NCBI RefSeq assembly: GCF_018977255.1
Contig: NW_024704742.1
Span: 131,008,001-131,072,000 of the forward strand
Length of the DNA: 64,000 nt
DNA from: Callorhinchus milii
Lineage: Eukaryota
Direction of reading: 5' to 3'
Under the pieces are notes generated by a model. It saw nothing but the letters and a program-made list of their open reading frames with translations, was not told where the DNA came from and made no database searches. Shown here one piece after another: positions 1-12,832 of the stretch. Position 1 is the first letter of the stretch. Every line of letters starts with the position of its first letter. Made by a program: the position numbers and the translations under genes.

Positions 1-226
1 GAGCTAGGTGCATTCTTGGGGTGTCAAAGGCAATTCCAGACACAGGAAAATTTCCATGCATGCAACAAGATTCCATTTATAAAGCGCCTTTCACATCAGG
101 AGGAACTCGTGGAACTCACAGTTGTTTTGCTCGGATGCTCCTTAAGCAATGAGTGAAAAGCTGTGTTCTTTTTACTTTCTACGGACTAAAATGCGGATAG
201 TTTATAAAACACTGAAGCAGCCAGCT

Positions 227-452
227 CACACCAATAGTGGAAATCTGGAACACTCTTCCCCAAATGGCTGTGGATGCTGGATCCATTCAAATTTTCAAGA
301 CTGAGTAGATTTTTCTTAGGTATGGGATGGGTATCAAGGGATATGGGGCAAAGGTGGGTAAATGAAGTTGAGGTACAGATCAGCCATGATCTAATAGAAT
401 GGTGAAACAGGCTCCAGGGGCTGAATGGCCTACTCCTGTTCCTATGTTCCTC
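227..452 (+). mobile_element. CR1-clade LINE 3' end (HER1 LINE / HE1 SINE-type tail of cartilaginous fish)
   Basis: Degenerate ORF2 end (gtggaaatctggaacactcttcccc...) followed by the tail gatcagccatgatct...ggggctgaatggcctactcctgttcctatgttcc; related pieces recur at about 19400-19605. Confidence 0.7.
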
Positions 453-653
453 TTGCATTTCCCTCAGTAACCTGGTGTTATATCAGTGTTCCATTTGGAT
501 TGGAAACCACAGCACCTGATCGACTTGCAAAACTGTGACTTTCCTTTTTAACTATGAACTTTCCCCACTGCCTGGGAAAGATGGCTACCTCCCAGGGGCA
601 AGTGTTAATGATACTTTCATGTTGATTCTATGTCCCTACGATGCTTCACTTAC

Positions 654-801
654 CTGATGTTGGGGTCATTGGGGCAGCTGCCAATCCGTTCATGTTCAAG
701 GCTGCCATCTGTTGCATCTGTGCTGCCGCAAACGCTGCCATTGGGTTCAGGTAGCCTCCCTGGGCGACCGAGGCCATTATCGTGGCTTGCTGCTGCATCA
801 G
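654..801 (-). CDS. CELF4: CELF4 internal exon (148 nt), divergent (linker) domain; missed by the ORF track
   Basis: Manual translation: acceptor cttttgttttccaaatag|CTG ATG CAG; donor ACA TCA G|gtaagt; peptide [49 protein letters not shown](G); phase 0/1. Confidence 0.95.
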
Positions 802-1250
802 CTATTTGGAAAACAAAAGTGTTTCTAAATTTTTATGCAATCACTGGAAAAATCGAGTGCCTGACGCTCATTCTTTCATTGAATTCAAAGATTTATGAAA
901 TCTCGGACCCGATTTTCATTTTCTCCCGATGCCAGATCCTGCATTTAGTTGGTAAAACTCCAGCAATATCCCCAATGCACAGCCTACTAAGCTTTGCCTA
1001 ATACCTTTGCCTAACACCCCTGCCTAAGCTTCAAGGCAAAACTAAATGTGACACAATTAAACCTGATGTACTCATCTTGAGCAATTGAGGATCAAAAAGC
1101 ATACTGTAGTCTTCTAGATCATAGTAGTATGAAACATAACATATTACTGTAGATCAGTGTGTCATATACCATAATGTGTTGTTCTTAGTCAACTTATATT
1201 AAATAGCACGCTGGTCTAGATCAACAAAGCGCCATTGAATCAACATCTGT

Positions 1251-1572
1251 GGAGTCCTGTAGCTCAGTGGTTAGAGCACTCGTCTTGCAAGCGAGAGACC
1301 TGGGTTCGATTCCTGGCAGGGTGAAATCTTGGGCAAGTTTCCTTACTCCACACGCCTGATAATAATCCCTCAAAAAATAAAAATAAATAAAATAAAAATA
1401 ATAAATTGGTCTGTCAATCCACGACTGTTTGTGGGACACTGCTGTGCGCAATTGGCTGCCGTGTTTTGCCCACAAATATACAGTCAATTCACTTTACAGT
1501 AAATTCTGTGAAGCACTTTGAGACATCTAGAAGACATGAAAAGTCCTATGTCAAATGCAAAGATTATTATTA
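1251..1572 (+). mobile_element. SINE family A (tRNA-Ala-like head, short internal form, (TTA)n tail)
   Basis: A box TAGCTCAGTGG, B box GGTTCGATTCC, anticodon arm ctcgt-ctTGCaa-gcgag, then ttgggcaagtttccttactccacac and the common tail ending caaatgcaaagattattatta. Confidence 0.9.
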
Positions 1573-2340
1573 TAGTCTTCTAGATCACAATAGTACAACA
1601 AAGCCATAATATAACAGAAACCCAGTGCCATGGGACATCCTCCCGACGTGGAATACAAATGTAATTTTGTATTGTATTGTATACTGTTCTAGATCAACAT
1701 AGAATAAAGCATAGAATACTGTTATAGATTAATATTACATCATAAAGTATAACATACTGTTAAACACACGTTATTATCAGAAATTTGTAACATTCTGATC
1801 AGTTTCACACCATAATGCATAAAATACCCTTATAGATAACATTGCACCTTGCAATATAACACACTATTTCAGCTTAATGTAGCATCATAATGTAAAACAT
1901 ACTGGCTTAGATTAATGTAGTTCTACAAAATATAACATACAGGTGAATGTGATACCATGAAGTAAAGAACATTGTATTAGATCAATGTGATGCAATGTCA
2001 TGAAACATCAATGCAGTGTGAAGCTTCAAGGCAAAGTATATTCTATTGAATTATATCAGATTTCCTTAAATTGTTATCTGTGCGGTCACTGGAATTGCTC
2101 AATTGTTCAAGATACTGGGTTCTGTGCTCCACAATGTCTCACAGCAGATGCGTCACTGAAGCACATCATAAAATTCAGGATTATGTGTTCACAGTACCTT
2201 ACCTTAGGTTGGGTAATTTACTTTCTCCCATTCATATGAAGATTATTTTTATATGTCACGTGACAGTGTAATATCTGAGGGGACTAAATAAGAGGAGTCC
2301 TGAAATTTCTCACGATCTTAGTCTTAAATACATAGTCTTA

Positions 2341-2895
2341 ATAATAATTTTTAAAAATCTTTACATTTGATATAGTGCCTTATCACGTCATCGAGACATC
2401 TCAAAGCGCTTCACAGTATATACTGCAAAGTGGATTGACTAGATTTTGTGGGTGAAACGTGGCAGCCAGTTTGTGCACAGCGGTGTCCCACAAACAGCCA
2501 TGGAGTGATCCATTTTATTTGGGGGAGTGTTGGCCAGCACACTGGGAGAAACTCCCTTCTCTTTTTGTGCGCAATTGGCTGCCGCGTTTGCCCACAAATA
2601 TACAGTCAATTCACTTTACAGTGTGTTCTGTGAAGCGCTTTGGGACGTCCTCCCGACGTGAAAAGCGCTATATCAAATGCAAGGATTATTATTATTATTA
2701 TTATTATTAATAGTGCTATGGGATCTTTAACATCAACCTGAACAGGCAGACGGGACCTCAGGATCCAAAGGACGACACCTCTGATAACGCAACATCCTCC
2801 CCCAGCACTGCAATGGGGTGGCTGTGATTCAAATCCCCATGTGGGGTTTGAACCCATGACCTTCTGACTCAGACGCAAGAGTGAGCCAGGCCGAT
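2341..2895 (-). mobile_element. SINE family B (Deu-domain SINE) with a nested plus-strand SINE tail at about 2566-2708
   Basis: Minus-strand tail, Deu-like core and tRNA-like head; the host consensus ...actcccttctctttt^aatagtgctatggg is split by an oppositely oriented tail copy. Confidence 0.8.
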
Positions 2896-3764
2896 AGATA
2901 AATATCTGAAAATGTAAAATATAAACGTGTGTGTGTTTGGGGGAAGTGGCAGAATGAGACTAAATGAATAGCTCTTTTGGAAAGCCACCAGCAGAGGGGC
3001 AGTGGGCAGAATAGTCTCGTTGTGAGCTGTAAATATCTACGGTTCTAACTTGGAAGGAAACCAGGTGGGTTTGAAAAGGCCACGAAGAGATGAGAAAAGG
3101 TTATGGAATAAACCAAAAAGGACGAAATGCCACAGTTCAAAGCAAGCTTTGTATCTTGTCTGACTGAGCCGAACAGAGTGGTTTCAGATCTTGTGCAGTT
3201 TATTTTCTCTGCCATTATTCCCGGGAATCAGTACAAGCAGCTGACAGGCGTAACATCTGTTTCCTTCCTCAATTACATTAACTCCCACCCGGCTTTCTAT
3301 ATTTTTCCCCTTAGCAAACACAATTTGGAGAAAATTGACTGAATGACAAATCACGCCACAGCTCCTTATATTTAAAAATTAGGAATGATGAAATGTGTCA
3401 GCATAAAGTTCACTCCAACGCGGGCCAGGTTTATTTAATCACTGAGTGTTTGTCATGGGCTTCAACATCAAATGTAACCGAATCATAGCAATTCAAGTGT
3501 GGAATGAATAAGCTATTTTGGTATTTTTTGTGAACGTTTGATTAGTTCTTAAAAAGCATCACAATGAGCAGATACTTACATTTTCACAGTGCCACGCATT
3601 TCAGCACTGTATAAAATAATCATTGTCATTGCGCAATAGTGCTGGGCTTACACATACTGTATTCACTTTTATAACAAGGCAGAGACGTTGTTAGAAACAT
3701 GAACTCTTTGAGATGTGAATTCACATATGTTTCGCCTTTGTACCCTCCATATTTGTTGTCCTTT

Positions 3765-4210
3765 AACTCAGAAAGTCCCCACATCAGGACTTGATAGCCT
3801 AAGCTGACACTCCAATGCAGACCTGAGGTGGGGGTGTTGCATGGTTGGAGGTGCCGTCCTTCGGATGAGACATTAAAGCAAGCTCCCGTCTGCCTGTTCA
3901 AGGTGACCATTAAAGATCCCATGGCGCTACTCGAAATGTGAAGGGAGTTACTCCCTGTGTCTCGGGCAATAATCCTCCAGATAAAATTGGTCATTCACTT
4001 CATTGCTGTCTGTGGAGCATTCTGGAGTATAAACAACAGCATGGATTAGTTGGTGTTTCTGTTTGGCTAACACCTCAATGCAATGCTGTGGTTAAATTGG
4101 CTGCTGCGTCCTCCTACAAAATTCACAGTCACTCCACTTTACAGTAAATCCTATGAGATCTTTCAACGGTGATAAGGTGCTACATCGAACACAAGGATTA
4201 TTATTATTAT
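3765..4210 (+). mobile_element. SINE family B (Deu-domain SINE)
   Basis: ggatgagacattaaagcaagctcccgtctgcctgttcaaggtgaccattaaagatcccatggcgctactcgaa resembles the Deu domain of AmnSINE1/SacSINE1/SINE3; ends in caaggattattattattatt. Confidence 0.8.
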
Positions 4211-4879
4211 TCACTGCAGTCTCACTGTGAAATATAAAGAGAAGAAAAGCTGAGGAATGTGGCAGCAATGAAATGAGGTGGAATACACAGTGTAAGGCTC
4301 ACTGGCTAATGTAATTGGGCTTTTGGAGTCCAAATCTCGGGTGGTTTGAAACCAAACACAAATGAAATACGGAGAAGTCATGAGAGTCACAGAATTTATA
4401 GGGGATTCTCAGAGAAATATTCTTTACACAGAGGGTGGTTTTGGAATCTGGAAATCCCTGCCACTAAGTGTTATTGAATCAGAGTCTGTAAATTGTTTTC
4501 AAAGGAATCTGCATGCGTGAAAATGTAGAATTACAAGTGTAGAGTGATACCGCACAGAATCAGTCAAATGTAACCCAATGTCAATCAATCAAATGTCAGT
4601 CTAATTAATCGGTTCTGCATAAGATCAAAGCCCAATTGTTTGGTTTGAACAAGTTTTCCAAAACAAGCAGACAGGACCTCAGTTTATCATCTCGTCCAAA
4701 GGATGACGTGAACTATGACAATGACAAAGGACAATTAAGGGTACCCCCACAGTACTGCATTGAACTGTCAGTCTAACAGCAGCAGGCCTTTTGACCGGTA
4801 TTTATACTCCACACAAGGCCCCCACTCCTTCTGCTCTACTCTCCTACACCCTTCTGTTCCCTTCTCCCCCTTCGTTTGC

Positions 4880-5420
4880 ATCAAACTATTTCCACTGGCA
4901 GGAGAGTCAGTGATAAAAGGACATAGTTAAAAGATAATCGCAGGAAGTGCAGAAGGATAGTTTAGGAGAAACTTCTTTACACAGAGAGTTGTTGGGATGT
5001 GGGATGCCCTGCCAAGTAAGGTGGTAGAGGCAGAGTCCATTGTGAGTTTCAAGAGAGGAGTAGCCAGGTAATAATAAATAATAATCCTTACATTTGGTGT
5101 AGCATCTTTCATGTCAGGAGGACATCACAAAGCACTTCACAGGATATAATAATAATAATCCTTGCATTTGTTTATCTCATTGATTGGACGTCTCAAAGCA
5201 CTTCAAGACACTGGCTCTACTGTGCACTTTGTGGGCGAAAGGAGATAGAATAAAGTGCACTGATTGCGATTTGTGGGTGAATGTGTGTTACGTGGGTGTA
5301 TGATAGATAAAGGCTTGAAGAGGTATGCGGATAAAGCAGGGCAGAGGGATTGAATGAATAACTTGCTCTGAGAGCTGGAGTAGACTCAATGGGCTGAAAG
5401 GTATCCTTTCTATGATTCTA
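4880..5420 (+). mobile_element. CR1-clade LINE 3' fragment interrupted by SINE tails
   Basis: aggagaaacttctttacacagagagttgttgggatgtgggatgccctgcc...ggtggtagaggcagagtc (RNFFTQRVVGMWDALP motif of the CR1 ORF2 end); tail resumes at about 5300-5420. Confidence 0.7.
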
Positions 5421-8207
5421 AGAGAGTTAACTTTCAGGCAAGGACTTAACCGGTGAAAAAAAACTGCTTTAAAGTGCTTGTCAGTGCACTTTCATTGTCA
5501 TCAACACAAATACTGACAAACTTCTGCACGTATGCTGAGCTTAACGCTAATGAACAATGAGTGAGCTGCTGATAGGATATTCGTATCAATAATAATGAGC
5601 TGAGCTTTGCATTTAATGTGTCAGCACAATTTAATCCAAAACAATCAATTCTATTTACTCAATTACAATTGCAAAAACACAAACATTTTCGACTGAATTT
5701 TTTTGCGCTTAACTATCTATAATAATAATCCTTGCATTTTATATCGCTTTATCATGTCTATGAGATGTCTCAGTGCGCTTCACAGAATATACTGTAAAGT
5801 GAATAGACTGTATATTTTGTGGGCAAAACGCTACATTTCTCATCTCTTCTACAAAATAGTAGAAGAGATATTGTTGCAGGTAACATTTTCATGCTGCACC
5901 CAAGCTTGTTAGGTCACTTTTATATAGTAATCATAATAATAAACCTTGCATTTGATATAGTGCCTTATCATGTCATCAGGATGTCTCAAAGTCCCCCACA
6001 GGATTTCACTGTAAAATGTAGTGACTGTGTATTTTGTTGGCAAATGCAGCAGCCAGTGTGTGCACAGCAATGTCCCGCAAACAGCCATTATGTGAATGTA
6101 CGATTTTATGTTGGCCCGGACACCAGGAGCAACTCCTCTATGGTACTGGAAGGGTTAAAATAAATATGCTCCCTCTCTTCCCCACCCCCACAGACGCACA
6201 CAGTGAAATGAAACTGCAAACAAATTATCCGAGAATTATCTCTCCATCCTATTGCTTTTGAGAGTCGTTTTGTTGTTTCTTACTTTATACAATAAAAATC
6301 TTGCATTTGATGTAACCCCTTCTCACATTGTCAAGACGTCTTGAAGCATTTCACAGAATTTTACTGTGAAGTGTGCCTGTATATTTGTAGGTGAGCACGG
6401 TAGCTAATTTACGCACAGCGGTGTCCCACAAAGAGCCATGAAGTAAACTAAAATGTGTTTAAAAGGTTTTAATAGGAACTCTGGTTATTTTTCTTCTCCC
6501 TCTGCCTGTCAGTATTCCATCACTTAGCTCTTCATTGGCTGAAATGCGAGCTTGCAAAACCAATCTTCAGTCAATTAAAATCTTTTCCCAATATAATTTA
6601 TTTTAATGGGTTAGTGGTAATATTACAGTCATAAATCGATCCTAATATTTGAGTATTATTAACACTGCAATATTATTTTATTAGAAAATTACAGTTTTTT
6701 TTATTACCAGCCGTGTGACTGGCACATGCAAAAACCTCTCATCGTGTTAAAAGAGAATCCAAACTGGATTGAGAGTTGCAAGTATATCTATGCCACCTGC
6801 ACATTAAAATGTCATTGGGTCTGGAATGGAATGCTTACTCTCTCCCTGGAGGGAATGCTCACCTAATTCCGAAGAGTATTAGGCGCAGGACGGCAAGAGT
6901 CAAGGCTTGGGGACACCAGTTTTGGGTACTGCTGGAGGTCGGCCAGCTAAAATCTCATACCCAGCAATAATAGTTTTAATAACAATAATAATCCTTGCAT
7001 TTCATATAGCACTTTTTTCACATCATTGAGACATCTCAAAGCGCTTCACAAAATATATTGTAAAGTGGGTTGACTGTATTTTGTGGGCGAAACGATTGTG
7101 CACAGCAGTGTCCCAAAATCATTCATGTGTGGTTAAACTCCAGTAGGACCTACACCACACACCATCGCAGGGTGTACAGAAAATGTACAGGGTGTAATAA
7201 TAATCCCTCCAAAAACAATAATAAATTGGTCATTTTCAATCTACTACTGTTTGTGGGACATTGCTGTGCGCAATTGGCTGCCGCGTTCGCCCACAAAAAG
7301 TCAATTCACTTTACAGTGTGTTCTGTGAAGCGCTTTGGGATGTCCTCCCGACGTGAAAAGCGCTATATCAAATGCAAGGATTATTATTATTATTATTATT
7401 ACAGAAAATGTACAGAAGTGGTTGGCACAGAGAGACCCCACTCATTGCAGCACCTGCCAGCACTGTAACGGTTAAGAATTTGATTAGCTGTTTTACCGAA
7501 CATGACCTTTGGTTTTGGAATGAACACTGCACACACCTCAGGTTGAAGGGTCAAACCTTTGGTCCCAGATATAGTGACACACATTAAAAAATACTTAATA
7601 AACCAAGCTTCTTTGCAGAATAATAATGCAAATTTCACCAGGTTATCAAACATTTATAAAGAGATCATAAGTCTGCATTTGCTAAAAGAAGCATTACATG
7701 TTATAACAGTGGAATAGGTGCCCTGTTATTAAACTCATTTTAATTATTCAGAATAATATTATTACAGTAATGTTAAATAACTATACTTTTTTTATTGTCA
7801 AGCATTACAGTGGGGCATTAAGTACCGGTTTTATGGCAGACACTTAAAATTAAGTGTTAATCATTTTTCAAGTCAACAATAGGAAAAGGGAATTCGATAA
7901 ACACACGAAGATTAAAGATATAAAGGGATTTGGGTAAAGAGCATGGAAATGGTATTAGAACTGATAGCTCCAGTGGGGCACATGCAAGGCACAGGAAGGA
8001 TGGGTCAATGGTCTTCTGTAGCTTGTGCACTCCTCCTCCATAGAATTAATAATAATCCTTGCATTTGATAGAGCGCCATTCACATCAGGAGGGGGCCTTG
8101 AATCTCTTTACTGCATAGCGTAGTGCTATGTATTTGGTAGGTGAACCCAGCAGCCAATTTGCACAGAGCAATGTCTTACAAACAGCCCTGATGTGAATGA
8201 CCAATTG

Positions 8208-8263
8208 CTAGGAGAAATCCCTCTATTACTAGGAGAAATCCCTCTATTACTAGGAGAAATCCC
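8208..8263. repeat. 21-bp tandem repeat (about 2.7 copies) inside a SINE
   Basis: ctaggagaaatccctctatta x2 plus a partial third copy. Confidence 0.9.
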
Positions 8264-9289
8264 ATTCTCTTCATCAAATAGTGTTGTGGGTCTTTAAGTC
8301 CACCTGAACACACACACGGGACCTCGGTTTAACGTCTCATCCAAACGACGGTAACTCCAACCCTTGAAAAGAGAAGAGAGTTTCTCTTTCCCAATGTCCT
8401 GGCTAATGATACCCCAAATAAAATTGATAAAATAAAATAAAATAAAACTGTGCAATTGGTTGTTGCATTTCTCCCACAAAATATACAGTCAATTCACTTT
8501 ACGGTACAATCTGTGAAGCTCTTCGAGATGTCTCGAAGATGTAATAAGAGCTATATCAAATGCAAGGATTATTATTATTATCAGCATCATTTGCTTTGTG
8601 GCTGTTTGTAGGATATTGCTGTGGGCACTTGTGCTGCCTCGTTTGCCTACAAATACAAAGCCACTCCATTTCAAAGTAAATCCTGTGAAGCTCTTTGAGA
8701 CAACCTCCCGACATGATATACCAAATGCTAGGATTATCATTATTAATAATTAAAAAAAAATTGGTTGATCGACCAAAAAGCATGGCTAACACTGACCTAG
8801 ACAATGAGCCCAAACTTGAGTCTTGAACTGCAATGGGGCTTGAACCTGTAACCTTCTGACTCAGAGGTGAGAGAGTTACCAACTGAGCCAGGCTGACACC
8901 TTTATATTGACATAAAGCAATTCAGCAATAATGCGTTCCTTGTGGAACCAGCCAGGGGAAACTCAGCAAGCGCACTCTCATATTTTGGGCTGATGTTTTG
9001 CAAAGGCTGTATTTGGAGACCTGACTTGAAGGGGTCCATGAGGGAAGTGCCCTGACACGTTAAGCACAGTTGTTAACCAGGGGTTACTGAGGAGACTGCA
9101 GTGACAGCAGTAAATACAGTCATTAACCCAGGGCGTTTCAGTGAGCAGATGATGTTAACAGTGACTCTGCATTCGGCTCCTTGAGCTCTGTAGGGGCTGA
9201 GTAACCCTTCTGAGCTAGTTCTGCTGTCAATGTCACCCCGACAATCTGGTTAAATATATATATTTATAAAGGAAATGACAAAGACAACA

Positions 9290-9465
9290 GTCTTTCCACT
9301 TGTTGGGGAGTGCAAAATGAGGCGGACATAAATATCAGATAGCCTGTAGCAGATCTAAAAGGGAGTTCAGGAGGAACTTCTTCACACAGAGGGTAGTGAG
9401 AATGTGGAACTCACTGCTGCCAGCTGTGGTTGAAGCAAAAAACATCAATGTATTTAAGAGTAAAC
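9290..9465 (+). mobile_element. CR1-clade LINE ORF2-end fragment
   Basis: caggaggaacttcttcacacagagggtagtgagaatgtggaactcactgc (RRNFFTQRVVRMWNSL). Confidence 0.65.
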
Positions 9466-10639
9466 CGAAACAATAATTTGGTCACTCAATCCACGACTGT
9501 TTGCAGGACACCGCTGTGCGCAATTGGCTGCTGTGTTTCACCCCCAAATTATACAGTCAATTCACTTTACAATGTATTTTGTGAAGAGCTTTGAGATGAC
9601 TCAACAATGTGATAAGGAGCTATATCAAATGCAATGATTATTATTATTATAACCTGATGCATACATGAGGGAATAGAGGGGTACGGGAGAGGGGAATAGG
9701 AGGGGTGGGGGTTTGTGTGGAATATGAATACACGCACAGACCAATTGGGCCAAATGGCCTGTTTCCATTAGGCTGGGGGAGCGTTCCATTATAAAAAAGT
9801 GCTGTCCTTTGGATGAGACAATAAATGGAGGCACCTTCTGCCTATTTGGGAGATGCTATTACTAGGCTCGATCTGGTGCAAAACTGATTAATTATTGGAT
9901 TAACCCATTGCCACTGCACTTTTGAGGACTGTGAGGGTAAATTCATAAGCCAGAAGGCGAACCATAATTTCTGCCGCTGTGATCTTCGTATTCCCGAGAG
10001 TAAAAGTAAACCTCCGATTAAATGACTTCTCTGCTTTTTAAACTGACGTTTTAGTGCAATATCAATAAAATGCATTGAACCACTTGCCCACAGTAAATTC
10101 CTAAGCTTTAGCTTCTAATTCCCAGGAGCTCCAATTGCTCCTGGTCTGGTTTCTAAATCCCAGGAACACAGCCTCATCCTATTATTACTGTCAATTTATG
10201 TTCTGTTAATATTGTACGCACTTCCAGTTCTACCTTGTCTCAAAGTTAAAGACATAGGAGAGGATTGTTTGTCAACCTTATCGGCCTGCTGGGTGGACAT
10301 TAAAGTTCTATTGCACTATTCGAAAAGTGAAGGGAATTTTCCCCGGGTCTTGGCCGACAATCACCCCCATATAGAATTGATCATTCACTTTGTGGCTGTT
10401 CGTGGGACACTGCTGTGGCACAAACTGGTTGCCGTGTTCGGCCCCAAAATACACGGGCACCTCACTTTACAGTCAACATGTATGAAACCCTTTGAGATAT
10501 TTTGACGATGTGAAAAGACGCTACATCAAATGCAAGGATTATTATTATTAATATTATTGCTATATCAGTATGATAGAACTGCGATACAAAGGGCTGGAAG
10601 CATCCTACATTATAAATACACACAAACATATTATTTTCC

Positions 10640-10984
10640 TGTAATGTAGTGGTTAGCGCACTCACCTTCTGTTTGATTCCTGAGCGGGGTGAAAGCTTAG
10701 GCAAGGTCCTTACTCCACACATGCACATCTGTTTGCCTAGCGGTAAGTAGGAACCTGATTGTTAGTCGATTGGCGTATCGCTTTATGGGGGTAATAATCC
10801 CACCAAAAAAATATGGTCACTCAATCCACGACTGTTTGTGGGACACTGCTGTGTGCAATTGGCTGCCGTGTTTTGCCCACAAAATACACAGTGAATCCAC
10901 TTTACAATATGCTCTGTGAAGCGCTTTGAGGCTTCTCTACGATGTGATAAGGCGCTATTTCAAATGCAATGATTATTATTATTA
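10640..10984 (+). mobile_element. SINE family A, long internal form
   Basis: Degenerate tRNA head, central ctgtttgcctagcggtaagtaggaacctgattgttagtcgattggcg block, common tail with (TTA)n. Confidence 0.85.
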
Positions 10985-12579
10985 CATAAAACCAGTTTCA
11001 AAGTTTGGGCTGTGTTGAAGAATTTACCAAATTCTAGACGCTCTGAAGTGCTTCAATAACAGAGCAAATCTAGACTCAGGTGGAATCTCTCCCCAGAAGT
11101 GTATCCACACAGCGGGTTGTTAGGATGTGAAGCAACCTTACCACAAAAGGCTACTGAGGGGTAATACTGTAACAGGATTTAAAAGGGAATTGGATAAAGA
11201 GTTAAATCGATAGAGAATATTAAAGGTCATGGGGAGAGAGCGGAGGAATGGGATTAAAGCAGGTAGCTCCAGTGGGGGAGTGGGCACCAGCCTTAGGCAC
11301 GAGGACCTCCTTCTGAGCTGTAAGCTTTCTACGCTTCTAAGTACTGACAATCATGGCTTTTACTGCACAGTGAAGGCAGCTGAACATTCAGTCATACGTG
11401 CCTGCTCACCCAGTTTACAATGATAACCCTTACATTTGGTATAGCGCCTTTCATGTCCAAAGGATTCCTCGAAGAGCTTCGCAGGAGATTCCGCAAAGTT
11501 TAATTTTACTGTGTGATTTGCAGTCAGCCACATTTCTCTGTCCGTTCTCTGTAGCTCGTCCGCTTTTACGTGGGATCAAGCCTTCTTGCTCTTTCAAAAG
11601 GTTTTCCAATGGGGACAACAACAACTTGCACTTATCTATCGCCCTTCGCGCAGGATAGCTGTGCCTGAGAATCAAAAGCAGCTTCCTGTGGTCCTGAGCT
11701 AAAAAGGTCCAAATTCCGGGTCCTAAAGGCGCTATCACTGTCACTTTCTGCGCACTGTGTGTCACATGAGGTGACATCGTCAGCAGCCACTGACCCATTT
11801 TTTATCACCCCGGAAGCCGGCTGGGATGGTGGGTGGGTGGTGTGGTTTGAAGTGAACGGATGGATTTCTGTGCCCCTTTTTGGATTGTTTGGCAAGTAAA
11901 TACAATACTATTATCATTTACATTGATGTACAGCGTCTTTCATGTCAGGAGGACGTCTCAAAGTGCTTCAGGCAACTGGCTGGGTATCTGAGCTGGGGAG
12001 AGGGGGAGAGATAGCTGAAGAGGGTGGGGGGTTGGGGGAAGTTGACTGAAAGCACGGTCAATAGAGGTAAGTCTGGAGGTAACACTAAATGTCTGGTTCA
12101 CTCACCAATCGTGCTATAAGTGAACCTGCGCTATAACAGTGTGTGTTAAAACAAGGTATTAACCCCATATTAGATTTATAATCTACACCATTGCATCTAC
12201 ACATATTTCAGCATTCTCTTTGTCTGCTGAGTTGCTTGGCCATTGAATTCCTGCCCGTCACTAGTTAACTTCAAGAACAGAACCCAAGCTCTGCCGACGT
12301 CAACCTCCACTGCAAGAGGTTAAATATGTTCTAAATATGTTTCGTGTGTAATCCGCTTTACCTCCTGTCTCTATTAAAAGAAACCTCTCCGTGGGTGGCC
12401 TGCGAGTGGCCCAGAGACCTGTTCTGAGCACCGCTGCACCAGGGTATGAAATACACTTCATCTAAAAGCACTTAAATGTCACATTTTCTATTCCATCTGG
12501 TATTGTTGCTGCCGAATGATAGTATTTTCTGACTGCGATGTTATTCGTGCTGATGTGGATTCTCCTCAGGGGGCAGTCT

Positions 12580-12832
12580 GGCTGACTGTCTGTGTGTCTG
12601 TCTGTCTCGCTGTGAATATGTGTGTTTGTCTGACTATCTATCTGCCTGCCTGTCCGTGTCAACATGTGTCTGTCTGTCCATTCATCTGTCTGACTGTCCG
12701 TCTGTTTGTCTCACTGTCTATTTGTTTGTCTGTCTGACTATTTGTGTCTATATGAGTAACTGTCTGTCTATCTGTTCGATCGACTGTCTGTCTGACAATC
12801 TGTAGTGTCTGTCTGTTTGACTGTGTGACTGA
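12580..12832. repeat. Degenerate (CTGT/TGTC)n low-complexity tract
   Basis: Repeated ctgtctgt units; source of spurious Cys/Leu/Ser ORFs. Confidence 0.85.

Noticed and set aside
630..1001. 123-aa plus-strand ORF
   Set aside because: Antisense shadow of the real CELF4 exon at 654-801
1251..1324. tRNA-Ala(TGC) gene (also 14453, 26170-26240, 29295-29365)
   Set aside because: Near-cloverleaf, but the acceptor and T stems are imperfect and every copy runs into the SINE body; these are SINE heads, not tRNA genes
8208..8263. CRISPR-like direct repeats
   Set aside because: Contiguous tandem duplication without spacers, in eukaryotic DNA with no cas genes
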